Shown: in pieces, positions 27,401-35,092 of the stretch
Position numbering within the stretch: the first letter of the stretch is position 1
How the letters are laid out: each line of letters begins with the position of its first letter
Origin: an uncultured Gammaproteobacteria bacterium
GTDB lineage: Bacteria; Patescibacteriota; Patescibacteriia; CAIXNZ01
NCBI GenBank assembly: GCA_964531215.1
Contig: CAZHFK010000002.1
Location: forward strand, 1-43,938
DNA length: 43,938 bases
Direction of reading: 5' to 3'
Notes under the pieces: generated by a model
Told to the model about the DNA's origin: nothing
The model's input: the letters and a program-made list of their open reading frames with translations, nothing else
Databases searched by the model: none
Translations under genes and position numbers: made by a program

Positions 27401-29693
27401 GGATATTAATCCGATATTAGATTCGGTTTCATTGTTTTCGCCGGAATTAGACGTGGGCAATTGTCAAAGTTATGGCGGTTGGTGCGGTGACGGTGAAGTG
27501 CAATTGGCTTATGGTGAAAAATGCGATATTAGAAGCTATGTTACGCCTTCATCTGTCCAAACAGTTAATGTGATTAAAAACGGTAGCTTTGAGGAAGTTT
27601 TTACACCTTGGCAGATTAGTGAAGGCGAGGTTAGTTTGGATAATAATATTTCTTTTGCCGGAGCTTCTAGCCTTAAGATTAGTTCTGGTGATTTCGCTGA
27701 AACTGAAAAAACACTTTGGCTGGAACAGTCTAATACTTTGTTTAAAGATAAAGTTTATAATATTTCTTTTAAAGTTAATTTAATTTCCGGAAAATTGAAC
27801 AATAGCAGTTTTGAAATTGGCGGTAAATCAGCTGATGAGTGGTTTGGCGGAGCCCAAACAATTAGTTTGGAAGACGAAGCAAGTGCTTGGAGTTATTATC
27901 AATCAGGGGTTACCCCGACTGAATATGGTTATAAATTTAGGCTTAATTTTACTGTTGAACCTAATACTGAATTTTATATTGATGATATTAAATTAGTGCC
28001 CAATGATCCAAGTATCCGGCCACAATATAAATGCGGTAATGAACCGATTACCGGCGAAATATGTCAGTTTAGAGGCGGGTTTTGTGGTGATGGTGTTGTG
28101 CAGCTGGAATTCGGTGAAAGTTGTGATGATCGCGTAGGTTTAAGCTGCGCTAATGGTGAAGGTTGCGGGGCTAATGGTTATTGTGATGATGATAATATTT
28201 GCCGCAGTGTTGATTGTAATGATGTTTGTCGCAGTACTTTTTGTGGTGACGGCATAGTGCAAAGGCCTAATTCTTTTGGTGTTAATGAAGTCTGTGATTG
28301 GGGCAGTGATCCTTTATGTTCTTATAATTGTCGCCAGATTAGAATGGGCGGAGATTGTACTAATGATTTAACTAATCCGTGTGATCCGGATACTGATGAA
28401 AATTGTTTTATGTGTGAACAAAGCTTATCATGTACGGTCAGAAATTTCGGTGATACTGAGACAAGATGTTTGGGGGCCAGAGGCAGTTATGGTTGTGACA
28501 GTAATAATGATTGTATCTTGGGTTATTATTGTGATACTAATACTTCAAAATGTGAGCCGGAAATTTCAACTTATTTAAAATATCATCCCAAAGAAGAAAC
28601 TCAATTAACTTTGCCAGCAACTTCAAGTGTTTCTTATGATATTAATATTAGTAAATGTCCTGACCTGCGCTATATAACAGCTGAAGATGATAGATATATT
28701 TTGGATACATGTACTAGTATAAATTGGAATTTATTTGATAATATTTCCAGGCCGACTTGGACTTATCAATCAGCTTTAGAAGATGCTTGTGGAGGCGCTT
28801 TTCGTTTGCCTACAATTTTAGAGCTTTATAGTTTGGTTCGGCAAACCAATCAAGGTTTATTGTATGCTGATAAACAAGGTTTGAATTTATGTCCATTGAG
28901 TTGTGAATATGACGAAAATGATCCCGAAGATTTATGCAATGATCCTTGTGGTGATGATAATTATTTATATTGGTCTTCAACTTGTGTAGAAAAAGCGCAA
29001 ATTTGTGACGGTGGTGAATATGACGGCCAGGCTTGTCGGGCTGATTCTGATTGCGGTAGCGATTCAAGTTGTGTTTTGTCTGACCAGGATATTTGCGCCA
29101 AAGCTTTGGCAGTGAATTTCAGATATGGCAGTATTGAAGAATACCCGGTAATTAATTTTGCCGGCACTGATTATAATGAACAAACAGTTTTAAAAACACG
29201 CTGTCTTAAAGATACTGTTTGCGGTAACGGCGAAATAGAAGAAGGCGAGACTTGCGAGTTTTTTAAAGCAGCAGACGGTTCATTAATTGAACAGGAAATT
29301 ACCAGACAATGCAGCGAATTTGGTTATGATGAAGGGTTTTTGCATTGTGATCCTGTCAGCTGTACTTATGTTTTTGATAATTGTTATTTTTATTCGCGAG
29401 TCGGTCAGTCATGTGAAGATGTTTGTCAGGGAGAAAAAGCTTTGGCTTGCCAGTCAGTCGGTTTAAATGATACTGACAATCAAATAGCCGGGCAATGGCG
29501 GATAGCCAATGATGGAAATTTAATGGATGTTGATCAGGAAGGGAATTGTTTAATGCAGGAAATCCCAGGTGATAATCAGTCAGCTTATTGTAATTATGAA
29601 TTTTTTAACAGGGATAAAGCTTGTTTTGATACTTTGACTAATGAATTTGCGCCGGCTAATTCCCAGTTTTCGTATTGCAATTGCGATGAATAA
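24408..29693 (+). CDS. giant secreted Cys-rich protein (1761 aa) with a duplicated unknown domain of about 170 aa, a pilin-globular-like segment, a CBM4_9-like module, CGDG-type Cys-rich repeats and a DUF1566-like lectin module
   Basis: N-terminal signal peptide (IFILFLVIFLILPIIGFAQSE). CGDG/CGNG...E.CD repeats near 26349, 26600, 27484, 28084, 28243 and 29221. NGSFEE...FYIDDIKLV at about 27560-28010. W..A...C...FRLPTILELYSL...YWSS...RCL at about 28690-29220. Confidence 0.88.
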   Translation: MIIKNKNKYFIFILFLVIFLILPIIGFAQSEDFLSEFSQDVLLKEYLFPISSYTEAGNPITRQGLECEGYKQYASPTDWQACFDLSDFNENDISQWVDGSSLYTPVQAELSYKFNVLNQGNYVFKISTSNSVDNLAALTKEQINYYLNNQGETMDSILNNLGEGFEAPETESEKLEYLRSMIFSVYVDGQSEENRKGYLIIKNTDQSEVQEGSVLIGNLKPGDHTIYLHFLYDFYWDFSGVIEDLPAYFDEFANADLNNDQILDSNPVIYSASIDQTKPADDIIGVRIYSNKMNQDPLSWYQENVFNASANVIQTEVDGYRAVRDDRTVYVEAANVTDAGRFYTNIYVIAYNLGATASTVNIFNQMMNNWTFNKNIMEEDPFGAEEIKDQLRRDTIRLSDLNDMRNLIENYKAVNGKYPTLEAGTFVADHTISVWPSWQANLGNQLGAGLPVDPLNIMSTEVRGTYNCQSSDPNEYENCVNICTRDNAGNALTGCPANQQCVDDEYCSICPPGYDPETCWDEINSDFAYDIHQGCDESKKINGSFNLHPDDPDTSERENLCGNEGAFVYQYTALNDGQNYALNYRLEYTAPQCSPGQCYFEKTGTCYPSGACLANCAMVDTDGDGTEDEMQCEYPEYKNVYCYLGNWRQSCGDGFVQTGCGEACDGTSTSLQTGELSWCDNMYNPGSNRDWYNEDNITASCNNVCQWQGFDDLGYTPLPYTPDTDDIDCGGYCGDQIKQALYGEQCDMGSTPGVRIPTPADNGSGGISRISQYLCSGSAGLQAGEPIVSEAAACEYFANSYNEPINNDNLCEDLTSESVGDDWLNLYEETALMAKGGFKVTYDFTIDQAQSGFYNFRLRTANQDDKISSLSNEQLAYIIGQKEAEDNLHNITTDGGLSIPEYGEVAADDNQKYNLLRSLIYAVYLDGDDPENLADFIITPASDQIQERSISLGNLSAGEHTIYLHFVGDHFWYQFDPADLPDYLDDFSNADLDNNDILDINPILDSVSLFSPELDVGNCQSYGGWCGDGEVQLAYGEKCDIRSYVTPSSVQTVNVIKNGSFEEVFTPWQISEGEVSLDNNISFAGASSLKISSGDFAETEKTLWLEQSNTLFKDKVYNISFKVNLISGKLNNSSFEIGGKSADEWFGGAQTISLEDEASAWSYYQSGVTPTEYGYKFRLNFTVEPNTEFYIDDIKLVPNDPSIRPQYKCGNEPITGEICQFRGGFCGDGVVQLEFGESCDDRVGLSCANGEGCGANGYCDDDNICRSVDCNDVCRSTFCGDGIVQRPNSFGVNEVCDWGSDPLCSYNCRQIRMGGDCTNDLTNPCDPDTDENCFMCEQSLSCTVRNFGDTETRCLGARGSYGCDSNNDCILGYYCDTNTSKCEPEISTYLKYHPKEETQLTLPATSSVSYDINISKCPDLRYITAEDDRYILDTCTSINWNLFDNISRPTWTYQSALEDACGGAFRLPTILELYSLVRQTNQGLLYADKQGLNLCPLSCEYDENDPEDLCNDPCGDDNYLYWSSTCVEKAQICDGGEYDGQACRADSDCGSDSSCVLSDQDICAKALAVNFRYGSIEEYPVINFAGTDYNEQTVLKTRCLKDTVCGNGEIEEGETCEFFKAADGSLIEQEITRQCSEFGYDEGFLHCDPVSCTYVFDNCYFYSRVGQSCEDVCQGEKALACQSVGLNDTDNQIAGQWRIANDGNLMDVDQEGNCLMQEIPGDNQSAYCNYEFFNRDKACFDTLTNEFAPANSQFSYCNCDE
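24729..25236 (+). repeat. intragenic duplicated domain, copy A1 (protein-level repeat)
   Basis: Shared blocks with copy A2: LRS(M/L)I(F/Y)xVY(V/L)DG, GNLxxG(D/E)HTIYLHF and DLPxYxDxFxNADLxNNxILDxNP. Confidence 0.75.
26920..27441 (+). repeat. intragenic duplicated domain, copy A2
   Basis: See copy A1 at 24729-25236. Confidence 0.75.
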
Positions 29694-29727
29694 GTAAAAA
29701 TAATTTTTAAATTTATATATAATTACT

Positions 29728-32700
29728 ATGAAAAATTCATTATTTTTCAAAATTTATATCGTTTTGATTATAATAGTCAGCCTGGCTTTTATTGGTTTTA
29801 ATATTTTAGCCCAAGTTGAAACCGAGACTGATTTGAAACAATATATTAAAGAAGGGGCTTGCCCCAATTTTGTTGATTTGACCGAATTAACCATGAAAGA
29901 TGAATGTACTGGTTTGGTTTGGGCAAGAAACGAGCTGCCGACTTATCATGGCGCAGATAAGCCGGGTTATGCTTGGCAGCAGGCGGCTGACAGTTGTGAT
30001 AATTTTGTTGAACCTGGTTTATTTCGCTTGCCAACAGTTGAAGAATTATTAAGTTTGGTTAAATATCAATGTGATCAAACCGGTTGTGAAGCCGGTTTAA
30101 AGAGAGATATAAATGGAGACGGTCAGGCTGATTTTGCCCCCCCATTTTTTTCTAATGGAATTTATTGGTCAATTAATGATTTTAATGAGTCACCGGCCTG
30201 GACTGACCCTTCAGCTATTCCTAGCCCGGGACATGAGGACAGGGATTATAAACGTTCGGTTAATTTATTAAATGGCGAGGTTGATTCCCCGGTTTTTAGT
30301 AAAAAGATGCGTTTAAATGCCTGGTGTATTATGGATCGTGATCCGGAGATTATTGAACGAAAATTTACTGACGTAAGTACGGCTTCTATTCCCCATGGCA
30401 CGGCTGCAACAGGTGGACAATTAAAAACCGTTTATAATCGTCAATGCAATACTAATGATGATTGCAGTGCTTTGACTGGCACGGTTTGTGACAATGGTTT
30501 TTGTGCTGACACGCCTACCACTAATAATATTGATTTAAATGACAACCCCGTACCTGTTAGTTGTGATCCGGATTATCATTTAGAATATGTAGCAGAAGAA
30601 GATGCTCTACAATGTGTTAGTAATCCAAATACATCAACCGAAGATTGTCCTAGTCCAGAAATAGCGGCGCAAGGCATAGAAGCTTATGAAGCTTGGAAAG
30701 GTAATAGTTTTAATGGTTATAGGATTTGTCGGATAGAAACTTGTTCCAGTTATTGTTCGGGCGGGGAAAATAATGGTTTGGCCTGTGATGAAGCTAATGG
30801 GGATGCTGATTGTCCAGGCGGAATTTGTATGACTTATCATGTTGATCCTGATACTGAATTATGCGTTGCTAATAGAAGAGACTGTCTTTTACCTAGCGAC
30901 AGAGATGCTAATGGCTGGACTGAGCGGGCCGTGCAGGATTGGGATACTGATCGGGAAAACGACTGGGGTCCTTGTTATGCTTTGGAATGCAGTTATGCGG
31001 CTGAACCGGTTGATGATCCCAATACAGCTGAATTTGATCCGGTATGTCAGTGTGATGAAACAGTTAATACCATAAGAGAAGGCATTTGCAGTGGTTGCGC
31101 CGATGATGAACATTATGAAAACGGGGTATGTGTTTCTGATTGTTTAAAAGGCAGTTTTAGTTTGGCTGATTGTTTGGATGGTGGTTGTGATTTTGGGATA
31201 AATATTAACCAAGCATGTACTGATACCAATGATTGTCCTGTCTGTGAATCTGATGCCCAATTTTGTCAAAACAATGAAACTAATCAAATAACCGATATAA
31301 GCTGTACCGCTGATAGCGAATGTGTTAATGAATGCAATAGTAATATTTGCACGATAAGCGGAGATGATTGTGATGTAGAAAATCCTTGTCCTGCTGTTGA
31401 CAGTTCTTGCGTAGTGGCCGGTGATTGTTCCAATCAATTTTGTAAAATTGATACCAATAATATAATAACCGATATAAGTTGCTCTGCCGATAATGATTGT
31501 CTTAATGAATGCAGTAATAATACTTGTACCATAAGCGGTGATACTTGTAGTGATGATAATCCTTGTCCGACGACTTCTTGTCAGGTCATAGATAACAGAA
31601 AACAAGTTTGGCAGGGCGGTTTATTTGAAGGATTTTATGATTGTATTTTTCAAGGCTGTGATTTGACTTATACTCATGAAAGTCTTACAGAAATAGGCAC
31701 TTGCGAGTCAAATTCTTTAAATTGTTTGGTTAATGATGTGTATGGCTGGGTTTTGTCTGCAATTAAAAATTGGGATGAAACCAATGAGACTTGGGAGGTT
31801 TGTAATGCCACTAATTGCGTACCGCAGTCAATTTTAAGTACTCCTGATCCGGATTGTAATGGTTTGGACCAGGAAGCCTGTAGTAATCAACAAACTTGTT
31901 CCTGGAATGAACAAGCCGGTCAATGTCAGGCGCCGGTTATGTGCGTATGTGAAAACAATGGTATTTATGAAGGGGATCCGATTATTAGGGACGGTCAATG
32001 TGATTATTGCGGTAATGGTATAACCGATGGCGTTTGTTATGATGATAATAATGATGATATTACCGATACTTTAAATACAAGTAATTGTGAAACAGATTGC
32101 GGTGATGATGATATTTGTCAGGGCGGTTGTAAGCGTAAAGTTTGTGAAGATCTAGATTATACTTGGGATGGTGAAGCTTGTGATAGTGGTATTTTTAATA
32201 TTATTGATACCGGGGTTGATTGTTTAAATGATGAAGAGTGTCTTGATATAACTGAAGTTCAAGAGACAACAACTGCTTGTGATATTGATAGTGATTGCAG
32301 TACCATTTCAGACGATGCTTATTGTGAAGAAAGTATTTGTAAATTAGAAGTGCCTAAATATTCTGATCCTTATTGTGAAGAGGGTACTTGCAAGGTCAGA
32401 GAGACTAAGTATGTTTTGCCTTTAAGCGAAAGAAAGGCTGACGTGGTATTTATTTTTGATACTTCTGGTTCTATGTCTGATGAGCAGGCAACTATTTGTA
32501 GTGAATATAATTCAGTGATAACGACTTTGTTAGGCCAGGACTATTATACAGAAATTGCTTATGATATGTTTAGTTTGCCCCCTGAATTTTCCGACTATAG
32601 CGTCTTTCCTTCTTGCCAGACCGGTCTTTTAGGTACAAGAAATAAAGCATCTAGCCGTTATATTGAGCCACCACAAGTTAGTTGTGACATAGTAGATGAT

Positions 32701-33573
32701 TGTTACAGTATTTATGAAGAAGATAGCGGCGTGAATTGTACTAGTAATATTTGTACTTTAAATAATGATTGCAATGAAGATGCCGATTGTGTTGCCAAAT
32801 ATAAAAGGTATACTTATTGTGGGGAAATAACTAGTGGCCAGTGCGCTTTAGAAAATGCAGCTTATTATCCCAATTGTGATTTTTATGAAGAAGCTGAGGA
32901 TTGTAATTATGTTTATAATTGTATTACTGAAAAACCGCAATCTTGTACAGGTGATGATGGTTGTTCTGATTTATTGGAAAAATCCAGTTGTCTTGATCCG
33001 GCTGATAGTTTGAGTTGTTCTTGGACTCCAGCTAATTGTATTGATGATCCAGAAGTATCTGGTAATTCACCTAGAACAATTGACGGAACAGATTATCAGA
33101 CTTGGGAAGATTGGGGAGAAGGTATTATTGATGTTATTAATAATCGAAAGAATCGAGCCTGGCTAGAAGGTAATGTGAAATTAATTATTCCGGTTTCTGA
33201 TGAGGCTCCACAAAATGGAAGTAAAAGAGATCCTACCGGGTCGCTCTCTGGAGGGCCGAATGGATATTGGCAAAAAGAAGATTATGATATTTTACAGCAG
33301 ATTTCTAGTTTAGCTCAAGCTGAAGGAGTGATTATTTCACCAATTTATACTAATGACAGTTATAGCACTCAAACAGTAACTGTAGACGGAACCGATTATA
33401 ATGTTAGCGATTTATTGAATGATTTGGCTAAGGAGACTGGCGGTACAGCGATTTTAGGTACGCTAACAAATGCTGATGAAAAAATTAAAAGTTTAATTAC
33501 CGGTGCTGGCGCGTTATGTGATGATTTTACTGGTGATAAATTAATGGATTGTGAATTTACACCAGTTGAATAA
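29728..33573 (+). CDS. large secreted Cys-rich protein (1281 aa): N-terminal DUF1566-like module, Cys-rich modules and a C-terminal vWA domain split by a Cys-rich insert
   Basis: Signal or anchor segment IYIVLIIIVSLAFIGFNILAQ. GLVWARN...WQQAADSC...FRLPTVEELLSLV...IYWS...AWCIMD at about 29880-30345. MIDAS motif VVFIFDTSGSMSDEQ at about 32437. Later vWA strands KLIIPVSDEAP and GVIISPIYT. Confidence 0.88.
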   Translation: MKNSLFFKIYIVLIIIVSLAFIGFNILAQVETETDLKQYIKEGACPNFVDLTELTMKDECTGLVWARNELPTYHGADKPGYAWQQAADSCDNFVEPGLFRLPTVEELLSLVKYQCDQTGCEAGLKRDINGDGQADFAPPFFSNGIYWSINDFNESPAWTDPSAIPSPGHEDRDYKRSVNLLNGEVDSPVFSKKMRLNAWCIMDRDPEIIERKFTDVSTASIPHGTAATGGQLKTVYNRQCNTNDDCSALTGTVCDNGFCADTPTTNNIDLNDNPVPVSCDPDYHLEYVAEEDALQCVSNPNTSTEDCPSPEIAAQGIEAYEAWKGNSFNGYRICRIETCSSYCSGGENNGLACDEANGDADCPGGICMTYHVDPDTELCVANRRDCLLPSDRDANGWTERAVQDWDTDRENDWGPCYALECSYAAEPVDDPNTAEFDPVCQCDETVNTIREGICSGCADDEHYENGVCVSDCLKGSFSLADCLDGGCDFGININQACTDTNDCPVCESDAQFCQNNETNQITDISCTADSECVNECNSNICTISGDDCDVENPCPAVDSSCVVAGDCSNQFCKIDTNNIITDISCSADNDCLNECSNNTCTISGDTCSDDNPCPTTSCQVIDNRKQVWQGGLFEGFYDCIFQGCDLTYTHESLTEIGTCESNSLNCLVNDVYGWVLSAIKNWDETNETWEVCNATNCVPQSILSTPDPDCNGLDQEACSNQQTCSWNEQAGQCQAPVMCVCENNGIYEGDPIIRDGQCDYCGNGITDGVCYDDNNDDITDTLNTSNCETDCGDDDICQGGCKRKVCEDLDYTWDGEACDSGIFNIIDTGVDCLNDEECLDITEVQETTTACDIDSDCSTISDDAYCEESICKLEVPKYSDPYCEEGTCKVRETKYVLPLSERKADVVFIFDTSGSMSDEQATICSEYNSVITTLLGQDYYTEIAYDMFSLPPEFSDYSVFPSCQTGLLGTRNKASSRYIEPPQVSCDIVDDCYSIYEEDSGVNCTSNICTLNNDCNEDADCVAKYKRYTYCGEITSGQCALENAAYYPNCDFYEEAEDCNYVYNCITEKPQSCTGDDGCSDLLEKSSCLDPADSLSCSWTPANCIDDPEVSGNSPRTIDGTDYQTWEDWGEGIIDVINNRKNRAWLEGNVKLIIPVSDEAPQNGSKRDPTGSLSGGPNGYWQKEDYDILQQISSLAQAEGVIISPIYTNDSYSTQTVTVDGTDYNVSDLLNDLAKETGGTAILGTLTNADEKIKSLITGAGALCDDFTGDKLMDCEFTPVE
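31258..31581 (+). repeat. 177-nt (59-aa) tandem duplication inside the 1281-aa gene
   Basis: Unit 1 starts at 31258 (caattttgtcaaaac...) and unit 2 at 31435 (caattttgtaaaatt...). Peptides: QFCQNNETNQITDISCTADSECVNECNSNICTISGDDCDVENPCP and QFCKIDTNNIITDISCSADNDCLNECSNNTCTISGDTCSDDNPCP. Confidence 0.85.
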
Positions 33574-33602
33574 TTTAAATTATTAGCAATAATATATAAT
33601 TT

Positions 33603-34253
33603 ATGAATTCTAAAACCATAATAATTTTACTGATTATTATAATAATTTTGCTGGGCGGAGTGACTTATCTTTATTTTGCTTTTTATTTGCCGGACGCAGA
33701 CCGGCAGTCGGAACAGAATTTAAATGTGTCTGAGTTGGCACCCAGTCCGACACCAGCGGACGTGGGCTTAGCGCCTGAAGCCGATTATGAACCGCAGCCG
33801 CAAGGTTCTTTTCGTTATTTTTTAAATTTGGCTAAAAAATATAAGCAAAGAGATTATTGTTTGAAAATTGAAGATACTGATCAGCAAAATAGTTGTTTGG
33901 TTATAATTGATGATATTATAAAGCAAAATCCGCAGTTACCCAAAGATTGTCTGGCAATGGGCAAGCAAGATAAAATTGATTGTTTGGAAAATTTGGCTTT
34001 GGCTGAAAATGATCCTGAATTTTGTGATTATTTAACCGGACAAGATCAGAATGTTTGTCGTAAGACTTATGTTTATGATAGGATTGATAGTGGAGATGTT
34101 GGTTTGTGTGATTTATTGCCAGGAGAGGAACAGCAAAGATGTCTGGATATAGGTTATTTAAATCAAGCGCTGCAAACCGAGGATTTAAGTTTGTGTAATA
34201 ATATTAGTGATGAACAATTAAAAAATGTTTGCACTGAACCCGAGTTTTTATAA
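33603..34253 (+). CDS. membrane-anchored protein with five C-x(9-10)-C repeat units, unknown function
   Basis: 216 aa. N-terminal TM helix IIILLIIIIILLGGVTYLYFAFY. Repeats DYCLKIEDTDQQNSC, KDCLAMGKQDKIDC, EFCDYLTGQDQNVC, GLCDLLPGEEQQRC and SLCNNISDEQLKNVC. Confidence 0.7.
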   Translation: MNSKTIIILLIIIIILLGGVTYLYFAFYLPDADRQSEQNLNVSELAPSPTPADVGLAPEADYEPQPQGSFRYFLNLAKKYKQRDYCLKIEDTDQQNSCLVIIDDIIKQNPQLPKDCLAMGKQDKIDCLENLALAENDPEFCDYLTGQDQNVCRKTYVYDRIDSGDVGLCDLLPGEEQQRCLDIGYLNQALQTEDLSLCNNISDEQLKNVCTEPEFL

Positions 34254-34290
34254 ATTGTTTCAAATAATTAAAAATTAACTTATAGATCTT

Positions 34291-35040
34291 ATGTTTGATA
34301 AACCAAATCAACAAGCAGGGGGACAACCAGAAGAAACTCCTACTCAACCGCAATCAGCCGGTTCAAGCCCGGCAGCTAATCAGCCGGAAACATCAACAGC
34401 GCCTAGCCAGGCAACCGATTCAGGCCAACAGCCCGGCCAGCCAGCCAATGAGCCCGAAGATATTTTTGCCGGTATTAATACTGGCGGGGTAACAGGTCAA
34501 GGTCAGCCAGACCAGCCAACTCCGCCGCCACCACAGGAGCCCAAGGGCGGTAAAGGCAAAAAAATTATTTTAATAATTTTAATTGTGGTAATTGCCATAT
34601 TAGTGATTGCCGGTGGTGTTTTAGCTTATTTAAGTTTTATGGGGCAGGATCAAGATGTTGATACTAATGTTAATGCCAATACGAACGTTAATGCCAACGC
34701 TAATGTAAATACTAACGCTAATACTAACGCTAATACTAACGCTAATGTAAATACTAACGCTAATACTAATGCCAATGTTAATTTAAATGCGCCGGCTGGG
34801 CAGGATTCTGATAATGACGGTTTGACTGATGCTGAAGAAGAAGATTTGGGTACTAATGAATTAAATCCTGATACTGATAACGACGGTTTGTTGGATTATG
34901 AAGAAGTTTATATCTATGAGACTAATCCATTGGATCCTGATACTGACGGCGACGGCTATAGTGACGGTGATGAAGTTAGTGCAGGTTATGATCCTAATGG
35001 CTCGGGTAAATTATTAGAAGTACCGGCTGAGGAAGAATAA
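34291..35040 (+). CDS. single-pass membrane protein: Pro/Gln-rich N-terminus, TM helix, Asn-rich (N-x-N) spacer and thrombospondin-type-3-like Ca-binding repeats
   Basis: 249 aa. TM helix IILIILIVVIAILVIAGGVLAYL. Spacer NVNANTNVNANANVNTNANTNANTNANV. Ca-binding-like repeats DSDNDGLTDAEE, DTDNDGLLDYEE and DTDGDGYSDGDE. Confidence 0.75.
   Translation: MFDKPNQQAGGQPEETPTQPQSAGSSPAANQPETSTAPSQATDSGQQPGQPANEPEDIFAGINTGGVTGQGQPDQPTPPPPQEPKGGKGKKIILIILIVVIAILVIAGGVLAYLSFMGQDQDVDTNVNANTNVNANANVNTNANTNANTNANVNTNANTNANVNLNAPAGQDSDNDGLTDAEEEDLGTNELNPDTDNDGLLDYEEVYIYETNPLDPDTDGDGYSDGDEVSAGYDPNGSGKLLEVPAEEE
34663..34788 (+). repeat. Asn-codon microsatellite-like repeat with 42-nt periodicity
   Basis: gctaatgtaaatactaacgctaatacta occurs at 34699 and again at 34741. 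The whole tract is built from aat/aac-nnn hexamers. Confidence 0.8.
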
Positions 35041-35092
35041 ATAATAAGTTAATAGCAAAATAGTTTTTAAGCTTTATAAATTTTGGAATTGT

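Noticed and set aside
28690-30345. A diversity-generating retroelement acting on the DUF1566-like modules.
   Set aside because: The window contains no reverse transcriptase ORF and no template repeat/variable repeat pair, and the putative binding region has no Asn-codon-rich signature. I kept it only as something to check genome-wide.
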